From positions 1 to 64,000 of the forward strand of contig CAVTUQ010000030.1 in the NCBI GenBank assembly GCA_963737905.1: a stretch of 64,000 nucleotides of DNA, given 5' to 3'. Both the position numbers and the translations under genes were made by a program. Shown one piece after another: positions 51,087-61,700 of this stretch (its first letter is position 1; each line of letters begins with the position of its first letter). The notes below the pieces were generated by a model. It saw only the letters and a list, made by a program, of their open reading frames with translations. It searched no databases and was not told the DNA's origin. Source of the DNA: an uncultured delta proteobacterium (GTDB lineage Bacteria > Desulfobacterota > Binatia > UBA9968).

Positions 51087-52028
51087 ATGGCTCTCATCAT
51101 AAGCGAAGCGCAGACCAGAAAACTCATCGACATGCAGGTGGCCTTAAAGCTCGTCGACGGAATGTTTCGTGCCCGCGCCGCCGGAAAGGTGCGCAGTGTA
51201 CCGCGGCGCCGGCTCAAAGGAAGCGAAAAACAGCTCAACATGATGGCGGCATGGCAAGCCGACTGGGACTGGATTTGCTTGCGTGCTTACGCCGGAGCCT
51301 CTAATACCATCACCCTTTACAACGGACGCACGGGCCAGATCCAAGCCATCATCGACATGGGCTATCTCAGTAGCCTCCGCACAGGCGCGGCCACCGGAGT
51401 CGCGGCGAAATATCTCGCCCCGCCCACGGCAAAAACACTAGGCGTGATCGGACCCGGCTGGCAGGCGACCTTTCAAGTCGAAGCGGTTGCGAACTCATGT
51501 CCCATTAAGGAGATTGTGGTCTATGGCCGAAATTCGAAGAGACGAAAAGAATTCATCCGGCAGATGAACAAAGTGATCAAAGCCGATTGGAAGGAAGCGG
51601 ACACGGTCGACGAAGTGGAAGCCGCGTCGGATATTTTAGTCGTGTCGACGGACTCGTCGACGCCGGTGGCCACGGGCGCGACCCTAAGAGACGAAGCCTT
51701 GGTCGCATCTATTGGCGCCAACGCAATGGTGAAGCATGAGGTTTCGAACAATCTCATTCGCCACATGGATTTGATCGTGACCGACGACCTTGCCGCCGCC
51801 AGAGCCGACAGCGGCGATCTCGTCGAGGCTTGCCAAACCCGCATTGCCCGGTGGGAAGACATCGTCCCCCTGGAGAAAATCGTCGCCGAAGGCGTGCCCC
51901 AACCAAGACCCAAACGGATCTTCTTTCAATCCAACGGCATCGCCGATGAGGATCTGGCCGTGGGCCGCTATGTACTGGAACAAGCAAAGAAGAAAAAACT
52001 CAAAATGAAACGCATCACAGAGATCTAG
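51087..52028 (+). CDS. Ornithine cyclodeaminase / mu-crystallin family protein
   Basis: [31 protein letters not shown]. Confidence 0.88.
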   Translation: MALIISEAQTRKLIDMQVALKLVDGMFRARAAGKVRSVPRRRLKGSEKQLNMMAAWQADWDWICLRAYAGASNTITLYNGRTGQIQAIIDMGYLSSLRTGAATGVAAKYLAPPTAKTLGVIGPGWQATFQVEAVANSCPIKEIVVYGRNSKRRKEFIRQMNKVIKADWKEADTVDEVEAASDILVVSTDSSTPVATGATLRDEALVASIGANAMVKHEVSNNLIRHMDLIVTDDLAAARADSGDLVEACQTRIARWEDIVPLEKIVAEGVPQPRPKRIFFQSNGIADEDLAVGRYVLEQAKKKKLKMKRITEI

Positions 52029-52039
52029 AGGCGCCACGC

Positions 52040-53116
52040 ATGCCTATCTTCGATGGCGAACTCGGGCTTCAATTCGTCACGCACCTTGCCAATCAGTACA
52101 CCGTGCCGGATCTCGTTCGTTTAGCCCAGCTGGCAACAGATAGGGGTTTCGAACAGATCTGGGTTAACGACAACATTCGTTACCGCGGACAGATGGTCGT
52201 TCTCACCGCCATCGCGTCTCATGTGCCCATACGCGTGGGTACCGCCATCATGGTACCTTATTTTCACAATCCCCTGGACGTCGCGGATTCCTTAGCGGCG
52301 CTGTCCGAGTTATGCGAGGGAAAGGAAATTAGCATCGGCATCGCGCGCGGCGATCTGGGACAATCGCCGCAACATGTTCAGGCGTTGAAGCCCGTGGCCA
52401 TGGTGGACGAAACAGTTCGTTTCCTGCGCCGGGCGCTGGCGGGCGAGGAAATCGCCTACGGAGACTATCCGTTCTTGCAGGACTTCTACCGTCTCAATCC
52501 AAACGGAAAATTCCGACTCGCTTTCGAGCCGAAAGCTGCGTTCAAGTTTTACGGCGGCGGCAACGGCCCGCAAGCGCTCCGCATGTGCGGCCGTGTGATG
52601 GACGGGTTGATCAGCTCGGGGACCTACATTCCTATGCTCAAAGCTGGCAGGCTTCCGGGAATGCTCGCAGCCGCGGACAAAGCAGCGACGGAACTCGATC
52701 CGACCAAGCGCCTGCGTAAAATTTGCGAACTGAATGTCTCAATATCACGGAACCGCGAGCAAGCGATCGAATTCCCCAAGCGTCAGGTTTCCCACTCGAT
52801 CTTGCAATGGGAAGCTTTGGGGTTCACGGCCAAAGAGTATGCGCAATTAGGCGTGGACCGCGAGAAGGTCTTAAAGCTAAAAGAGGCTTATGCCGCGGGA
52901 GCGACCGTCGAAGAGGCATCTAAGCTCGTTACCGAACATATGGTGAAAACATATTACGCGGCCGGCACCCCGGAGGAAGTCAAAGACCAGATCATCGAAT
53001 TAGTGGGCGCCGCGGGCCGCCTCGGCTACCATCACGTCGCGTTCGCCAAGCTCGGCCCCGATTATGAAGAGGCGATCGAACTGCTCGCAAATGAAGTCGT
53101 CCCTGCGTTGAAGTAG
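52040..53116 (+). CDS. LLM-class (luciferase-like, Mer-type) flavin/F420 oxidoreductase
   Basis: GFEQIWVND, VGTAI..P..HNP, IGIARG, GNGPQAL, AGTPEEV. Confidence 0.85.
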   Translation: MPIFDGELGLQFVTHLANQYTVPDLVRLAQLATDRGFEQIWVNDNIRYRGQMVVLTAIASHVPIRVGTAIMVPYFHNPLDVADSLAALSELCEGKEISIGIARGDLGQSPQHVQALKPVAMVDETVRFLRRALAGEEIAYGDYPFLQDFYRLNPNGKFRLAFEPKAAFKFYGGGNGPQALRMCGRVMDGLISSGTYIPMLKAGRLPGMLAAADKAATELDPTKRLRKICELNVSISRNREQAIEFPKRQVSHSILQWEALGFTAKEYAQLGVDREKVLKLKEAYAAGATVEEASKLVTEHMVKTYYAAGTPEEVKDQIIELVGAAGRLGYHHVAFAKLGPDYEEAIELLANEVVPALK

Positions 53117-53163
53117 GTGACACTCCCCCGCGATGACCCACTCACGCAGGCACGGTGCCCTCC

Positions 53164-53904
53164 CTAGGTTTTCTGAAACGCCAATACAAAGCGATCGTCT
53201 TGGTTCCGCTGCTTGTTGACGTTGAAATCGCGCGTATCCCCAGGTTTGCGCAGCATTGTCCCTTCCTTGGCTAGGGTAAAACCTGAACCCGTGACTTCTT
53301 TGATCACTAATGCTTTGTCGATACGATGGAGCGTTTTTACCGCTTCATTGCCGGTGCCGTCTTTAGCCGAGTGATCCACGACGCCGTAAATCCCGCCACG
53401 TTTCAGAGCACCGTAAATTCTTTTGTTCATCGCGATTCGAACGTCGGGAGCTAGGTCATGGTAGTTTAAATGAATGATCACGAAGTCGAGCGATCCGTCT
53501 TGAGGCAGCGCGATCTTTTCGAAAGGACCATCGACAATCCGTACATTTGCGTAAATCGGTTGTTTCCAGCGGTCAGTGAATTCTGGCCGCGAACCGGGGT
53601 TCGTGGAATAGACCACTCCCTCTGGTCCGACCACCTGCGAAAGAATTGCGGTGTAGTATCCGCGGGCCGCCCAGATATCGGCCACCTTGTCGCCTTTCTT
53701 GACGCCGTAAAAAGCCAATACTTCGCTCGGTTTCCGCGCCGCGTCTAGGGCACGTTCCGTGTCGGGCCTTTCCGAATTTGTCAGAGCGGCTGTATAATCC
53801 TGCGATCTATTTTCCGATCTCTCGGCAGTCGAACAAGCAGCTACAAACAAAATCGATGAGATTCCTATCCACGCATAGATTCTGATCAGACCCTGTTTGC
53901 CCAT
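53164..53904 (-). CDS. Predicted SAM-dependent methyltransferase-fold lipoprotein (COG4798-like)
   Basis: Lipobox VAAC; RKPSEVLAF, GYYT, NYHD, VVDH, LHRID, DRF. Confidence 0.8.
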   Translation of the reverse strand: MGKQGLIRIYAWIGISSILFVAACSTAERSENRSQDYTAALTNSERPDTERALDAARKPSEVLAFYGVKKGDKVADIWAARGYYTAILSQVVGPEGVVYSTNPGSRPEFTDRWKQPIYANVRIVDGPFEKIALPQDGSLDFVIIHLNYHDLAPDVRIAMNKRIYGALKRGGIYGVVDHSAKDGTGNEAVKTLHRIDKALVIKEVTGSGFTLAKEGTMLRKPGDTRDFNVNKQRNQDDRFVLAFQKT

Positions 53905-53969
53905 AGATGACTCCTTCATTAGTCGTTAGACCCGGACTAGATTCTCTCTACTCAAACATAAGGTTCTGT

Positions 53970-54806
53970 CTACTCCCACCAACTGAACAACGGCTTCCGC
54001 CGCATGCCTTTTTCCTGTTCCGGTGTCTGTGATGGATGACTTTCACGCATCGCCTTATCAACGTCGTACCTCAGCATCTCCCAGATCTTATCCACGCAGC
54101 GGCCAAAGTCGGGGTCCCTCATGCTCTTGAAGTTGCGCGGCCGGGGTACGTCCACGGTGACGATGCTCTTCACCACGCTTGGCGCCGCGCTCAGGACGGC
54201 AATGCGATCACAGAGCATCACCGCCTCTTCGATATTGTGGGTAACCAGGACCACCGTCTTTTTATCTCGTTCCCAAATGCGCAAAAGTTCTTCACGCAGG
54301 AGCAGGCGCGTCTGGGCGTCGAGACTCGCAAACGGTTCGTCCATCAAGATCACCTCGGGATCGTTAGCCAAAGCACGGGCAATGGCTACTTTCTGCTTCA
54401 TGCCGCCGGACAATTCCCCCGGCCGCGCGCCGCTGAAATCCAGCAACCGCACCATTTCCAAAAAGAATTGGCTGATACGCTTGTAAGTGTAGCGTTGCTC
54501 TTTACGAAACTCCGCACCCAAGGGGACGTTCTCCTCCACCGTCCGCCAGGGCATCAGCGCGGAGTCCTGGAAGACCATCGATACCAGCGACTGGGTTCTT
54601 TTTTCCCCGACAAATTCCACGCTCCCCTGCGTCGATTTTTCAAGGCCCGCCATGATGTGCAGCAACGTCGTCTTGCCGCAGCCCGTCGGCCCGATGATGC
54701 CGAAGAACTCTCGATCGCGCACTTCGATATCGACGCCGCCCAAGGCGCGGTTTTTTCCCTTTCCCGTCGTGAACTCTTTGGTTAAACCGTGAACAACAAC
54801 TTTCAT
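53970..54806 (-). CDS. NitT/TauT-family ABC transporter ATP-binding protein
   Basis: GPTGCGKT, LSGGMKQ, MDEPF, VTH. Confidence 0.93.
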   Translation of the reverse strand: MKVVVHGLTKEFTTGKGKNRALGGVDIEVRDREFFGIIGPTGCGKTTLLHIMAGLEKSTQGSVEFVGEKRTQSLVSMVFQDSALMPWRTVEENVPLGAEFRKEQRYTYKRISQFFLEMVRLLDFSGARPGELSGGMKQKVAIARALANDPEVILMDEPFASLDAQTRLLLREELLRIWERDKKTVVLVTHNIEEAVMLCDRIAVLSAAPSVVKSIVTVDVPRPRNFKSMRDPDFGRCVDKIWEMLRYDVDKAMRESHPSQTPEQEKGMRRKPLFSWWE

Positions 54807-54819
54807 CTCTAATACTCGG

Positions 54820-54924
54820 AGATCTAAACCGCAAAGAACGCAAAGATCACATAGCTTCAATAAGGCTCTCACCCTCCTGTGCGCCGGGTACTCTTTGCGT
54901 CCTGCGTTCTGTGCGGTTAGATCT
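54820..54924. repeat. CGCAAAGAA-unit inverted element (MITE-like, about 105 nt)
   Basis: agatctaaaccgcaaagaacgcaaag ... ctttgcgtcctgcgttctgtgcggttagatct imperfect terminal inverted repeats. Confidence 0.75.
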
Positions 54925-54969
54925 TTTGTTCTTTTAATCTAAGAATCTTCTCCGACAATCACGCCCCTT

Positions 54970-55992
54970 CTACCTCGCGCTAAACATTTCATCGAACAGC
55001 TTGGCGTAGCGTTCGAAATTATCAAGAACTTCCGTGGGCGCAAAGGCGGGCCGAATCCCTTCCATTAAACGCGCATGTTCGGGCGGGACATCGATCCGAT
55101 CGGGAATTCGGCTCATGCCGCGGATGAGTTCTTGTCCTCGCTTCGACAGCACGAAATCCATGAACAGCCGGGCCGCATTTGGGTGAGGCGCCTTGGCAAA
55201 AATACCGGTAGGGTGAATATTGGCGAAAACCGGATTTAGATAAACCCAATCAACCGGCGCGCCCGCGGGTTTCAATGTTTCGAATGTCTGGGAGTAAGCC
55301 GTTAACCCGCCTTTGAACTCTCCCGCCGCAACGAGCTGTGCGACCAGATTCCGGCCGGCCCGAAGCTGCGCCTGCTTGGCCAGCTCGCGCATAAAACTCA
55401 TCCCCTTTTCATCACCCATCGCTTTGATCAGTGTGCCGAACCACTCGTAAGGCCTGCTGTCCATGCCAATCTGACCTTTCCACTCCGGCTTCAATAGATC
55501 GTCGTAAGACTTCGGCACGCTCGTCTTGGGCACGGTTCGAGTGTTGTAGCCGAACGCGGCATAGTTCGTATAGATCGACGTCCAGGTCGCCTGCGGGTCC
55601 TTGTATCCTTCTCTAAAGTATTTACGCTCCGGCGAATCGTAGGACGCAAACACCCCGCGCTTTTTTAAATTGTGTCCGTAGAAACTCGTCGTCATCGCTA
55701 CATCCCAAAGATATTGGCCGGCGCGGGCTTCGGTTAGAATTCTCTCCATGAGCGCGGCGTCGGTGGTCCGATAAAATACCGCGTCAATCTTCGGGTATAG
55801 CTGCTTGAATCCGTCGGTGAGCGTCTTAGAATCGGCCGCGTTGAAGGAAGCGTAGAACATGAATTTCCCTTCCGCTTCCGCGCGGTCTTTGACTTCCGCC
55901 GCGCCAGTGAAGATCGGCGATATCCACGCCCAGGCGGTGAAAAGGACCAATGCAATGCAGCCAACTTGCTTCACAGAACTAGCTCTCTCCAT
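54970..55992 (-). CDS. ABC substrate-binding protein, AfuA/FbpA-like family
   Basis: AEAEG, YNT...PKSYDDLLKPEWKG, VAAGE, APHPNAARLFMDF; start uncertain. Confidence 0.85.
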   Translation of the reverse strand: MERASSVKQVGCIALVLFTAWAWISPIFTGAAEVKDRAEAEGKFMFYASFNAADSKTLTDGFKQLYPKIDAVFYRTTDAALMERILTEARAGQYLWDVAMTTSFYGHNLKKRGVFASYDSPERKYFREGYKDPQATWTSIYTNYAAFGYNTRTVPKTSVPKSYDDLLKPEWKGQIGMDSRPYEWFGTLIKAMGDEKGMSFMRELAKQAQLRAGRNLVAQLVAAGEFKGGLTAYSQTFETLKPAGAPVDWVYLNPVFANIHPTGIFAKAPHPNAARLFMDFVLSKRGQELIRGMSRIPDRIDVPPEHARLMEGIRPAFAPTEVLDNFERYAKLFDEMFSAR

Positions 55993-56021
55993 GAGTTTGC
56001 TTCTCGATGCCGGGTTGATCC

Positions 56022-56050
56022 CGAGACTCGAAACCCGAAACGCGAAACCC
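56022..56050. repeat. 7-nt tandem repeat CGAAACN x4
   Basis: cgagact cgaaacc cgaaacg cgaaacc immediately after the 56055 stop. Confidence 0.65.
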
Positions 56051-56054
56051 AACG

Positions 56055-56777
56055 TCATGGCATTTCGGCAAGCAAGCGTCCGTAACCCATCACCGGCTCG
56101 TTTAGTTGGAGGATCTTCTTCGTAGCCCAAACTTGTGCCGGGATACTCGAAACCACCGTGGTTTTCAGATCCTTTTCTAGCATCTCGAGAACCGGCAAGT
56201 TGTGCCAGCCGGCGCCCAACATGTAGATCCCGTCGGCCGGACCATGCTCAAGGAAGACTTTCTTGGCAAAACCGTAGATCGCCTCTGGAGAAAGCTTCCC
56301 GGCATCTTTGAACGGCACTTCGATTCCCTTCATCGCTTTCACTTCGAAGCCATCATCCTCCAAAAATTTGGCGAAGCGGCGGTTCATGTCGTCTTGGAAG
56401 TAAGTAATACCTACCAGTTTTTTCATTCCCAAAGCACGAAAAGCATCGACTTGCGCCATCGTCGCCACCAGCACCGGAATACCGTATCTTTTCGATAGCC
56501 GGTCAGAGATCTCACGGTCCGCACCGTGGCCGCGCACCATCGTTGGAGGCGCCCCCATGATCATGACGACATCGGCGCCCAGCTCGGCCAAACGTGCTAC
56601 TTTTTTTTCGGCCACCGACAACGCTTCCTGAAGCTCTTGCTCATTGCCGGCTCGGATGCCGGCGTGGCACGGTATGAACCCCACGCCCTCCGGCATGAGC
56701 TTGATAAAACTTTCCATCGAACCCGGTCGATAAGTGGGCTTAACCAATCCGACAACTCCTCGCGCGCCGTAATACAT
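56055..56777 (-). CDS. Maleate isomerase / arylmalonate decarboxylase family protein
   Basis: PEGV, LGMKKL, DGFEV, ADGIY, LEKDL..TVVSS...W, GYGRLL. Confidence 0.8.
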   Translation of the reverse strand: MYYGARGVVGLVKPTYRPGSMESFIKLMPEGVGFIPCHAGIRAGNEQELQEALSVAEKKVARLAELGADVVMIMGAPPTMVRGHGADREISDRLSKRYGIPVLVATMAQVDAFRALGMKKLVGITYFQDDMNRRFAKFLEDDGFEVKAMKGIEVPFKDAGKLSPEAIYGFAKKVFLEHGPADGIYMLGAGWHNLPVLEMLEKDLKTTVVSSIPAQVWATKKILQLNEPVMGYGRLLAEMP

Positions 56778-56806
56778 CTCTCTTCTTCTCCTGCCACGAT
56801 AATAGA

Positions 56807-56835
56807 GTAGGGGCGGGTTTCAAACCCGCCCCTAC
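56807..56835. repeat. GTAG-family REP palindrome
   Basis: GTAGGGGCGGGTTT-C-AAACCCGCCCCTAC, perfect 14-bp arms. Confidence 0.85.
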
Positions 56836-56839
56836 GGAT

Positions 56840-56865
56840 CTGCGTTCTATGCGTTCTTTGCGGTC
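56840..56865. repeat. Half copy of the CGCAAAGAA-unit element
   Basis: ctgcgttctatgcgttctttgcggt matches the right arm of 54820-54924. Confidence 0.7.
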
Positions 56866-56881
56866 AAAAATATACTTTCCG

Positions 56882-58597
56882 TTATGCTGCGGCCCTCAGC
56901 CCTGCACCGTTGCCGTTGCCCAGGACCTTACCCGGAAGAGCGCCGGTGTGATTGCCCTTTTCGACCAGCACTTCGCCGTTGACGAGAGTCATCTCGATGC
57001 CCACCGCTTTTTGAATGAAGCGTCTTTCGTTGGCCGGCAAGTCCTGCACCATCTCTGGCTCGCACTCGCGGATCGTTGACGGATCGAAGAGCACCAGATC
57101 CGCCGCCATGCCGCGCCTGATTAAACCACGATCGTGCAAACCGAAGATCGAGGCGACCATGAAAGTCAGCTTGCGCACGCCCTCTTCCAGGCTCATGACG
57201 TTTTTCTCGCGGATCCAGTAGCCCAATAGCCGCGTCGCATAGCCGAAACCGGCGTCGTAAATCAGATGGGCACCGGCGTCGGACTGGCCGACGAGAGTAA
57301 ACGGGCTCCGGATGATCTCCGCCACCGCTTCTTCGTCGCCGTTGGTGCTGGAAGTTTGAAATTCTGTATCCAATCCCTCTTCCAAGGACAGATCCAGGAA
57401 GGCGTCGATGACGTCCTGGCCGCGAATTTTGGCGATCTCCGCCACACTTTTTTTCTCCAGATGTTTATTTGCCGGCGTCGCGGCCTTGATGAGATACACG
57501 AGATCCCAGCGCCGCGAGAACCGCGAAGATTTTTTCTCCTCCACCGCTTCGTAGCGCATCTTGCGCCGCGTCTCCGGATCGCGGATCGCTGCGATCCGAG
57601 CGTCAAGCGGTAAGAAGAGAATCGTTTTCCAAGTCGGCAGATCGTCGAACACCTGGGCGTTTTTCATGGTGAGACGGTTATTGAACAGCCGCGCGTTGCA
57701 CAGCGGATAGGATTGCACGCCGCGCTCCAAGGATTCCTTCGCCAGATCCAGCAGCTGGCGCCATTCATTCGGTTTATCCCAACGATGCGCGATGCTCTGC
57801 CAGATCACCGGCCGCCCGGATCGGGACGAGATCTCATCGAACAATTGCACCGTCTCGCGCATCGGCACCGAGACTCCAAGCGAACCCCGGGAAATCTGCA
57901 CCGCGCCTTGATTGATCTCGCCCAGCGCGCAGGCCAACTCGATGATTTCTTCATCGGTGGCGAATCGGCTTTGGATGGGCGTCCCGTCAGCAAACATGTG
58001 CACCGGATTTTGATTGGTCGAGAAGCCCATGGCGCCCGCGCGCACGCCGGCTTTAAGAATCTCTTTCATCTGGTGGATTTCCGTCGGAGTGGCGGCTCGT
58101 TCCGTGGCGGCATTGCCCATCACGAACTGCCTGAGCGCGCAGTGCCCCATCAAGGCGGCGACGTTGACGCCAAGATGACCGCGCAGCTTATCCAAATATT
58201 GCGGAAACGTCGTCCAACCCCACTCGACGCCGGCCCGCAAAGCCGGCAGCGAGATCGCTTCGACTCTTTCGAAGCTCTTGAGAATCGTGTCCCGGTCCTC
58301 CTCCTTACAGGGTGCGAGCGCAAGCGCGCAGTTTCCCGGAATAACCGTCGTCACACCGTGAAAGCAGGAGGATGTTGCCAGCGGATCCCATAATAACTGC
58401 GCATCGAGATGAGTATGAAAATCGATAAAGCCCGGTGATACCGCAAGCCCGTCGGCTTGGACCACGCGCTTCGCCTCGCCGCCGATCCGCCCCGTTTCAA
58501 CGATCCGCCCATCTTTAACCGCCACATCGCCAAGGTACGAGGGCATTCCGCTGCCGTCGTAGATCCGACCGCCTTTGATAACCAGGTCATAAGCCAT
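56882..58597 (-). CDS. N-acyl-D-amino-acid deacylase family amidohydrolase
   Basis: PGFIDFHTHLD, GNC, SDAGAH, RGLIRRGMAADLVLFDP. Confidence 0.88.
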   Translation of the reverse strand: MAYDLVIKGGRIYDGSGMPSYLGDVAVKDGRIVETGRIGGEAKRVVQADGLAVSPGFIDFHTHLDAQLLWDPLATSSCFHGVTTVIPGNCALALAPCKEEDRDTILKSFERVEAISLPALRAGVEWGWTTFPQYLDKLRGHLGVNVAALMGHCALRQFVMGNAATERAATPTEIHQMKEILKAGVRAGAMGFSTNQNPVHMFADGTPIQSRFATDEEIIELACALGEINQGAVQISRGSLGVSVPMRETVQLFDEISSRSGRPVIWQSIAHRWDKPNEWRQLLDLAKESLERGVQSYPLCNARLFNNRLTMKNAQVFDDLPTWKTILFLPLDARIAAIRDPETRRKMRYEAVEEKKSSRFSRRWDLVYLIKAATPANKHLEKKSVAEIAKIRGQDVIDAFLDLSLEEGLDTEFQTSSTNGDEEAVAEIIRSPFTLVGQSDAGAHLIYDAGFGYATRLLGYWIREKNVMSLEEGVRKLTFMVASIFGLHDRGLIRRGMAADLVLFDPSTIRECEPEMVQDLPANERRFIQKAVGIEMTLVNGEVLVEKGNHTGALPGKVLGNGNGAGLRAAA

Positions 58598-58632
58598 ACG
58601 CCACCCTCCTCGTTTTCGGTAACATTACACCG

Positions 58633-58662
58633 AGCTTATCGACAGACCTACATTGATGTCAA
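58633..58662 (-). promoter_or_regulatory. sigma70-like promoter
   Basis: TTGACA-N18-TAAGCT upstream of a GAGGAGG RBS. Confidence 0.45.
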
Positions 58663-58723
58663 CCAACGAGACTTATCGTCTGCACGCCGAGGCTCTTTGT
58701 TTCACAAGATCGGGCCCAAAGCC

Positions 58724-61700
58724 TCAGGAAAGCAGAAGCTCCAGGTCCTCGCGAGTCAAATTGTGAAGCAGGCTGTTGTCGGCGGTAATGATGGCGTCGG
58801 CCAGGTCACGCTTGGTTTGCTGCAACTCGATCACCTTTTCCTCCACCGTGTCGCGAGCGATGAGCCGATAAGCAAACACCTGACGCGTCTGTCCGATTCG
58901 GTGTGCCCGGTCGATGGCCTGAGTCTCAACCGCAGGGTTCCACCAGGGGTCGAGAAGATAGACGTATTCGGCCGCGTGCAGGTTGAGCCCCAGGCCGCCC
59001 GCCTTCAAGCTGATGAGAAACAGCTTCAAATTCGGATCATTTTGGAATTGCTCGACCGGCCACTCGCGGTCGCGCGTTCGTCCGTCCAGGTAGGCATAGG
59101 GAATCTTGGCCCCATCGAGCCGGCTCCTCAAAATTGCGAGCAGGCTCGTAAATTGAGAAAAAACCAAAATTTTATGCCCCTCATCGAGCACCTGATCGAG
59201 CTGCGCCAAGAGCGTGTCGATCTTGGCGCTCGGCTCCCCGGCCTTCTTTTTATCGATCAGGCCGGGATGGCAGGCCGCCTGGCGGAGGCGCAGCAGCGCT
59301 TCGAGCACCTGGAACTTTATCTGGCTTATGCCGTTACCACCGGCGTTTTTCAACAGCCGTCCGCGGTAATAGTCACGCAGCTCGTCATAGAGTTTTCTAT
59401 CCCGGGGCTCGAGATCGCAATAAATCGTCTGCTCGGTTTTCGGCGGCAGCTCCCGCGCGACCTCGTCCTTCGTCCGCCGCAGGATAAAAGGCCTCAAGGC
59501 CCGTGCCAGCACACTCCTTGTGGCAGGGTCGGGATTTCTCCCCGCGCGGCCAAACACCGACGCGCTCCCGAGCATTCCCGGGTTGAGAAACTCGAAAAGG
59601 CTCCAGAGCTCGCCCAGATGGTTTTCCACCGGCGTACCGCTCAAAGCCAGCCGATGATCAGCGCTGAGCAGACGAGCGGCTTTGGCGGAGAGAGTCCCGG
59701 CATTCTTGATGGCTTGGGCTTCATCGAGAATGCAGTAGTCGAAACGCAGGTCTTTGAACTGCAGCGCATCCCGCCGCAGCGTACCGTAGGTCGTAAGCAC
59801 CACGTCGTACTCATCGAAATGATCGCCGGGTTTGAGACGGGCCCCTCCCGTGTGATCGAGAACGCGCAGCTTGGGTGCAAATTGAAGCGCCTCCTTCTTC
59901 CAGTGAAAGACCAGCGAACGCGGCACAACGACGAGCGATGGACGGCGAGATTGATTGTCAACTTGAACGCGGAGATCGCGTCGCGATTCCAAAAGCGCGA
60001 GGACCTGAATCGTCTTGCCCAACCCCATGTCGTCGGCCAAACACCCACCGAAGCCGAAGCGCTGGAGAAAATAGAGCCAGCCTAATCCCTCCCGTTGGTA
60101 ACCGCGCAAACGGCCGGAAAACTCAGTCGGCGGGTCGGCAGATCTGATCCCGACAAAGGTCCTGAGCTCCTGGCGCACCTGCTCGAAGGTTGCGTCGGCG
60201 CTCACCGCCGGTTCCGAAGCCAGTAAAGCATCTAAGAGGCCCGCCTGCGGTCGCGTAAAGCGGATGTAATTTTTCTCGACGCTTCCAAGGCCGGCGAGAA
60301 AGCCGTATTTTTTCATCCACTCTTCGGGAATAATCCCCAAGGTGCCGTCGTCGAGGGGTACAGTTTGCTCGCCTTGCTTGATCGCACGCAACAGCCGTGG
60401 CAACGCCACCTTCGTATCGCCGAATTGCGCGCCGCCCTCGAGCTCGAACCAATCGACGCCGGAGCTGATGTCCATCGTCAGCGCACCCGCGTTCCGGTAA
60501 AGCTTGCCTTCGGCTTCGACATGCCAGCCTTCATTTGTCAAGGTGCGCACGACTTTGGGAAGCTGGTCGGGTGACAATCCGAGGTCAGAATCTTTGCTGG
60601 AATAACCGCTACGAAAACCGAGCTGCACAAGTCGCTTTTCGGCTGCGTTTTCAACCTCAGGGTCACGCCGTATCAGCCGGCGTCGCTCTTTTTGAAAGAT
60701 CCCGCCGCCCTCGTGATCGTGCTGGACCCTCTCGCCTTCATAATCAAAGGACAGCTTTCCCAGCAGATGGGGCCGGGCCCAAGGATGACGCTCTCCGGGC
60801 TTGATGATCAAGTTGGGTTTCGGGCGCGGCGTAAGCAGTTCGAATTTGAGTTCCTCGGGAAGGTCCAGATTGGGCTGTCGTGAGAAGCGCAGCAGCTCCG
60901 CAAGAAAAGTCTCGCCCTCTTCGTTGGGAATCGACAGAGCGCCCTGCGCGCGCAGCAGGGAAATCCAGGCAAAGGCGCCGTGGTCGTTAAGACGCGCAAT
61001 CCAACTGTCCCAGAACACCAAACCACCAGCGAGGAGCAAGACCGGTTTCGCCAGCTCCATCTCCGCCTCGCCGCGCCGTAGCACGCCTTTGACGGAATAG
61101 TTCCCAGTGTTGCTTTCACGCGTGACTTTAAGGCACAAATCCCACGCATCCCCATCATCCCAATAGACTGCCGGATGTTCTTTGGCAAGGATAGACACCC
61201 GCAAAAAACAACGCGCCGTCGCGCACATGAGCGGCAGCACGACATCCCATAGAGGCCGGGGCACGACAAACTCGGGATATACCGATTCGCTATAGTAAGG
61301 CGAGTAGCCATACGCGGCCCCCGGCCGCGAGCCGAAGAGAATCGCCAGAATTCGCCGGTCCCTCGGATCCACCAGGTCATTGATCTCATGGAGGCCGAGC
61401 TTTTTTGTCTTGAGCTTCCCCCATTCACCGTTAATCTTTTTGTCGCGCTGGGCCACTTCAACGGTAAGCCGCTCTTGGGCCAACGTTGCCCCCGCATTGA
61501 TGATGTACACGAATTCGCGCTCCGGTGCCGTCGTGAATCGCAAGCGACCTTCATCGGCCCCCATCTTCGCCAGCAGCGGCTGCAGTTGCTTTCTCCAACC
61601 CGGCGGCGGCGCCGGCTTCTTCACCAACGCTGGTCTTGGATAATGCCTCTCGGGGAACACTTCCGGAATCGCTTCGGAAAAGTCGGGCGCCGCGAAATCG

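Noticed and set aside
58457-60085. 542-aa plus-strand ORF
   Set aside because: Antisense shadow of the SNF2 helicase; no motifs or RBS
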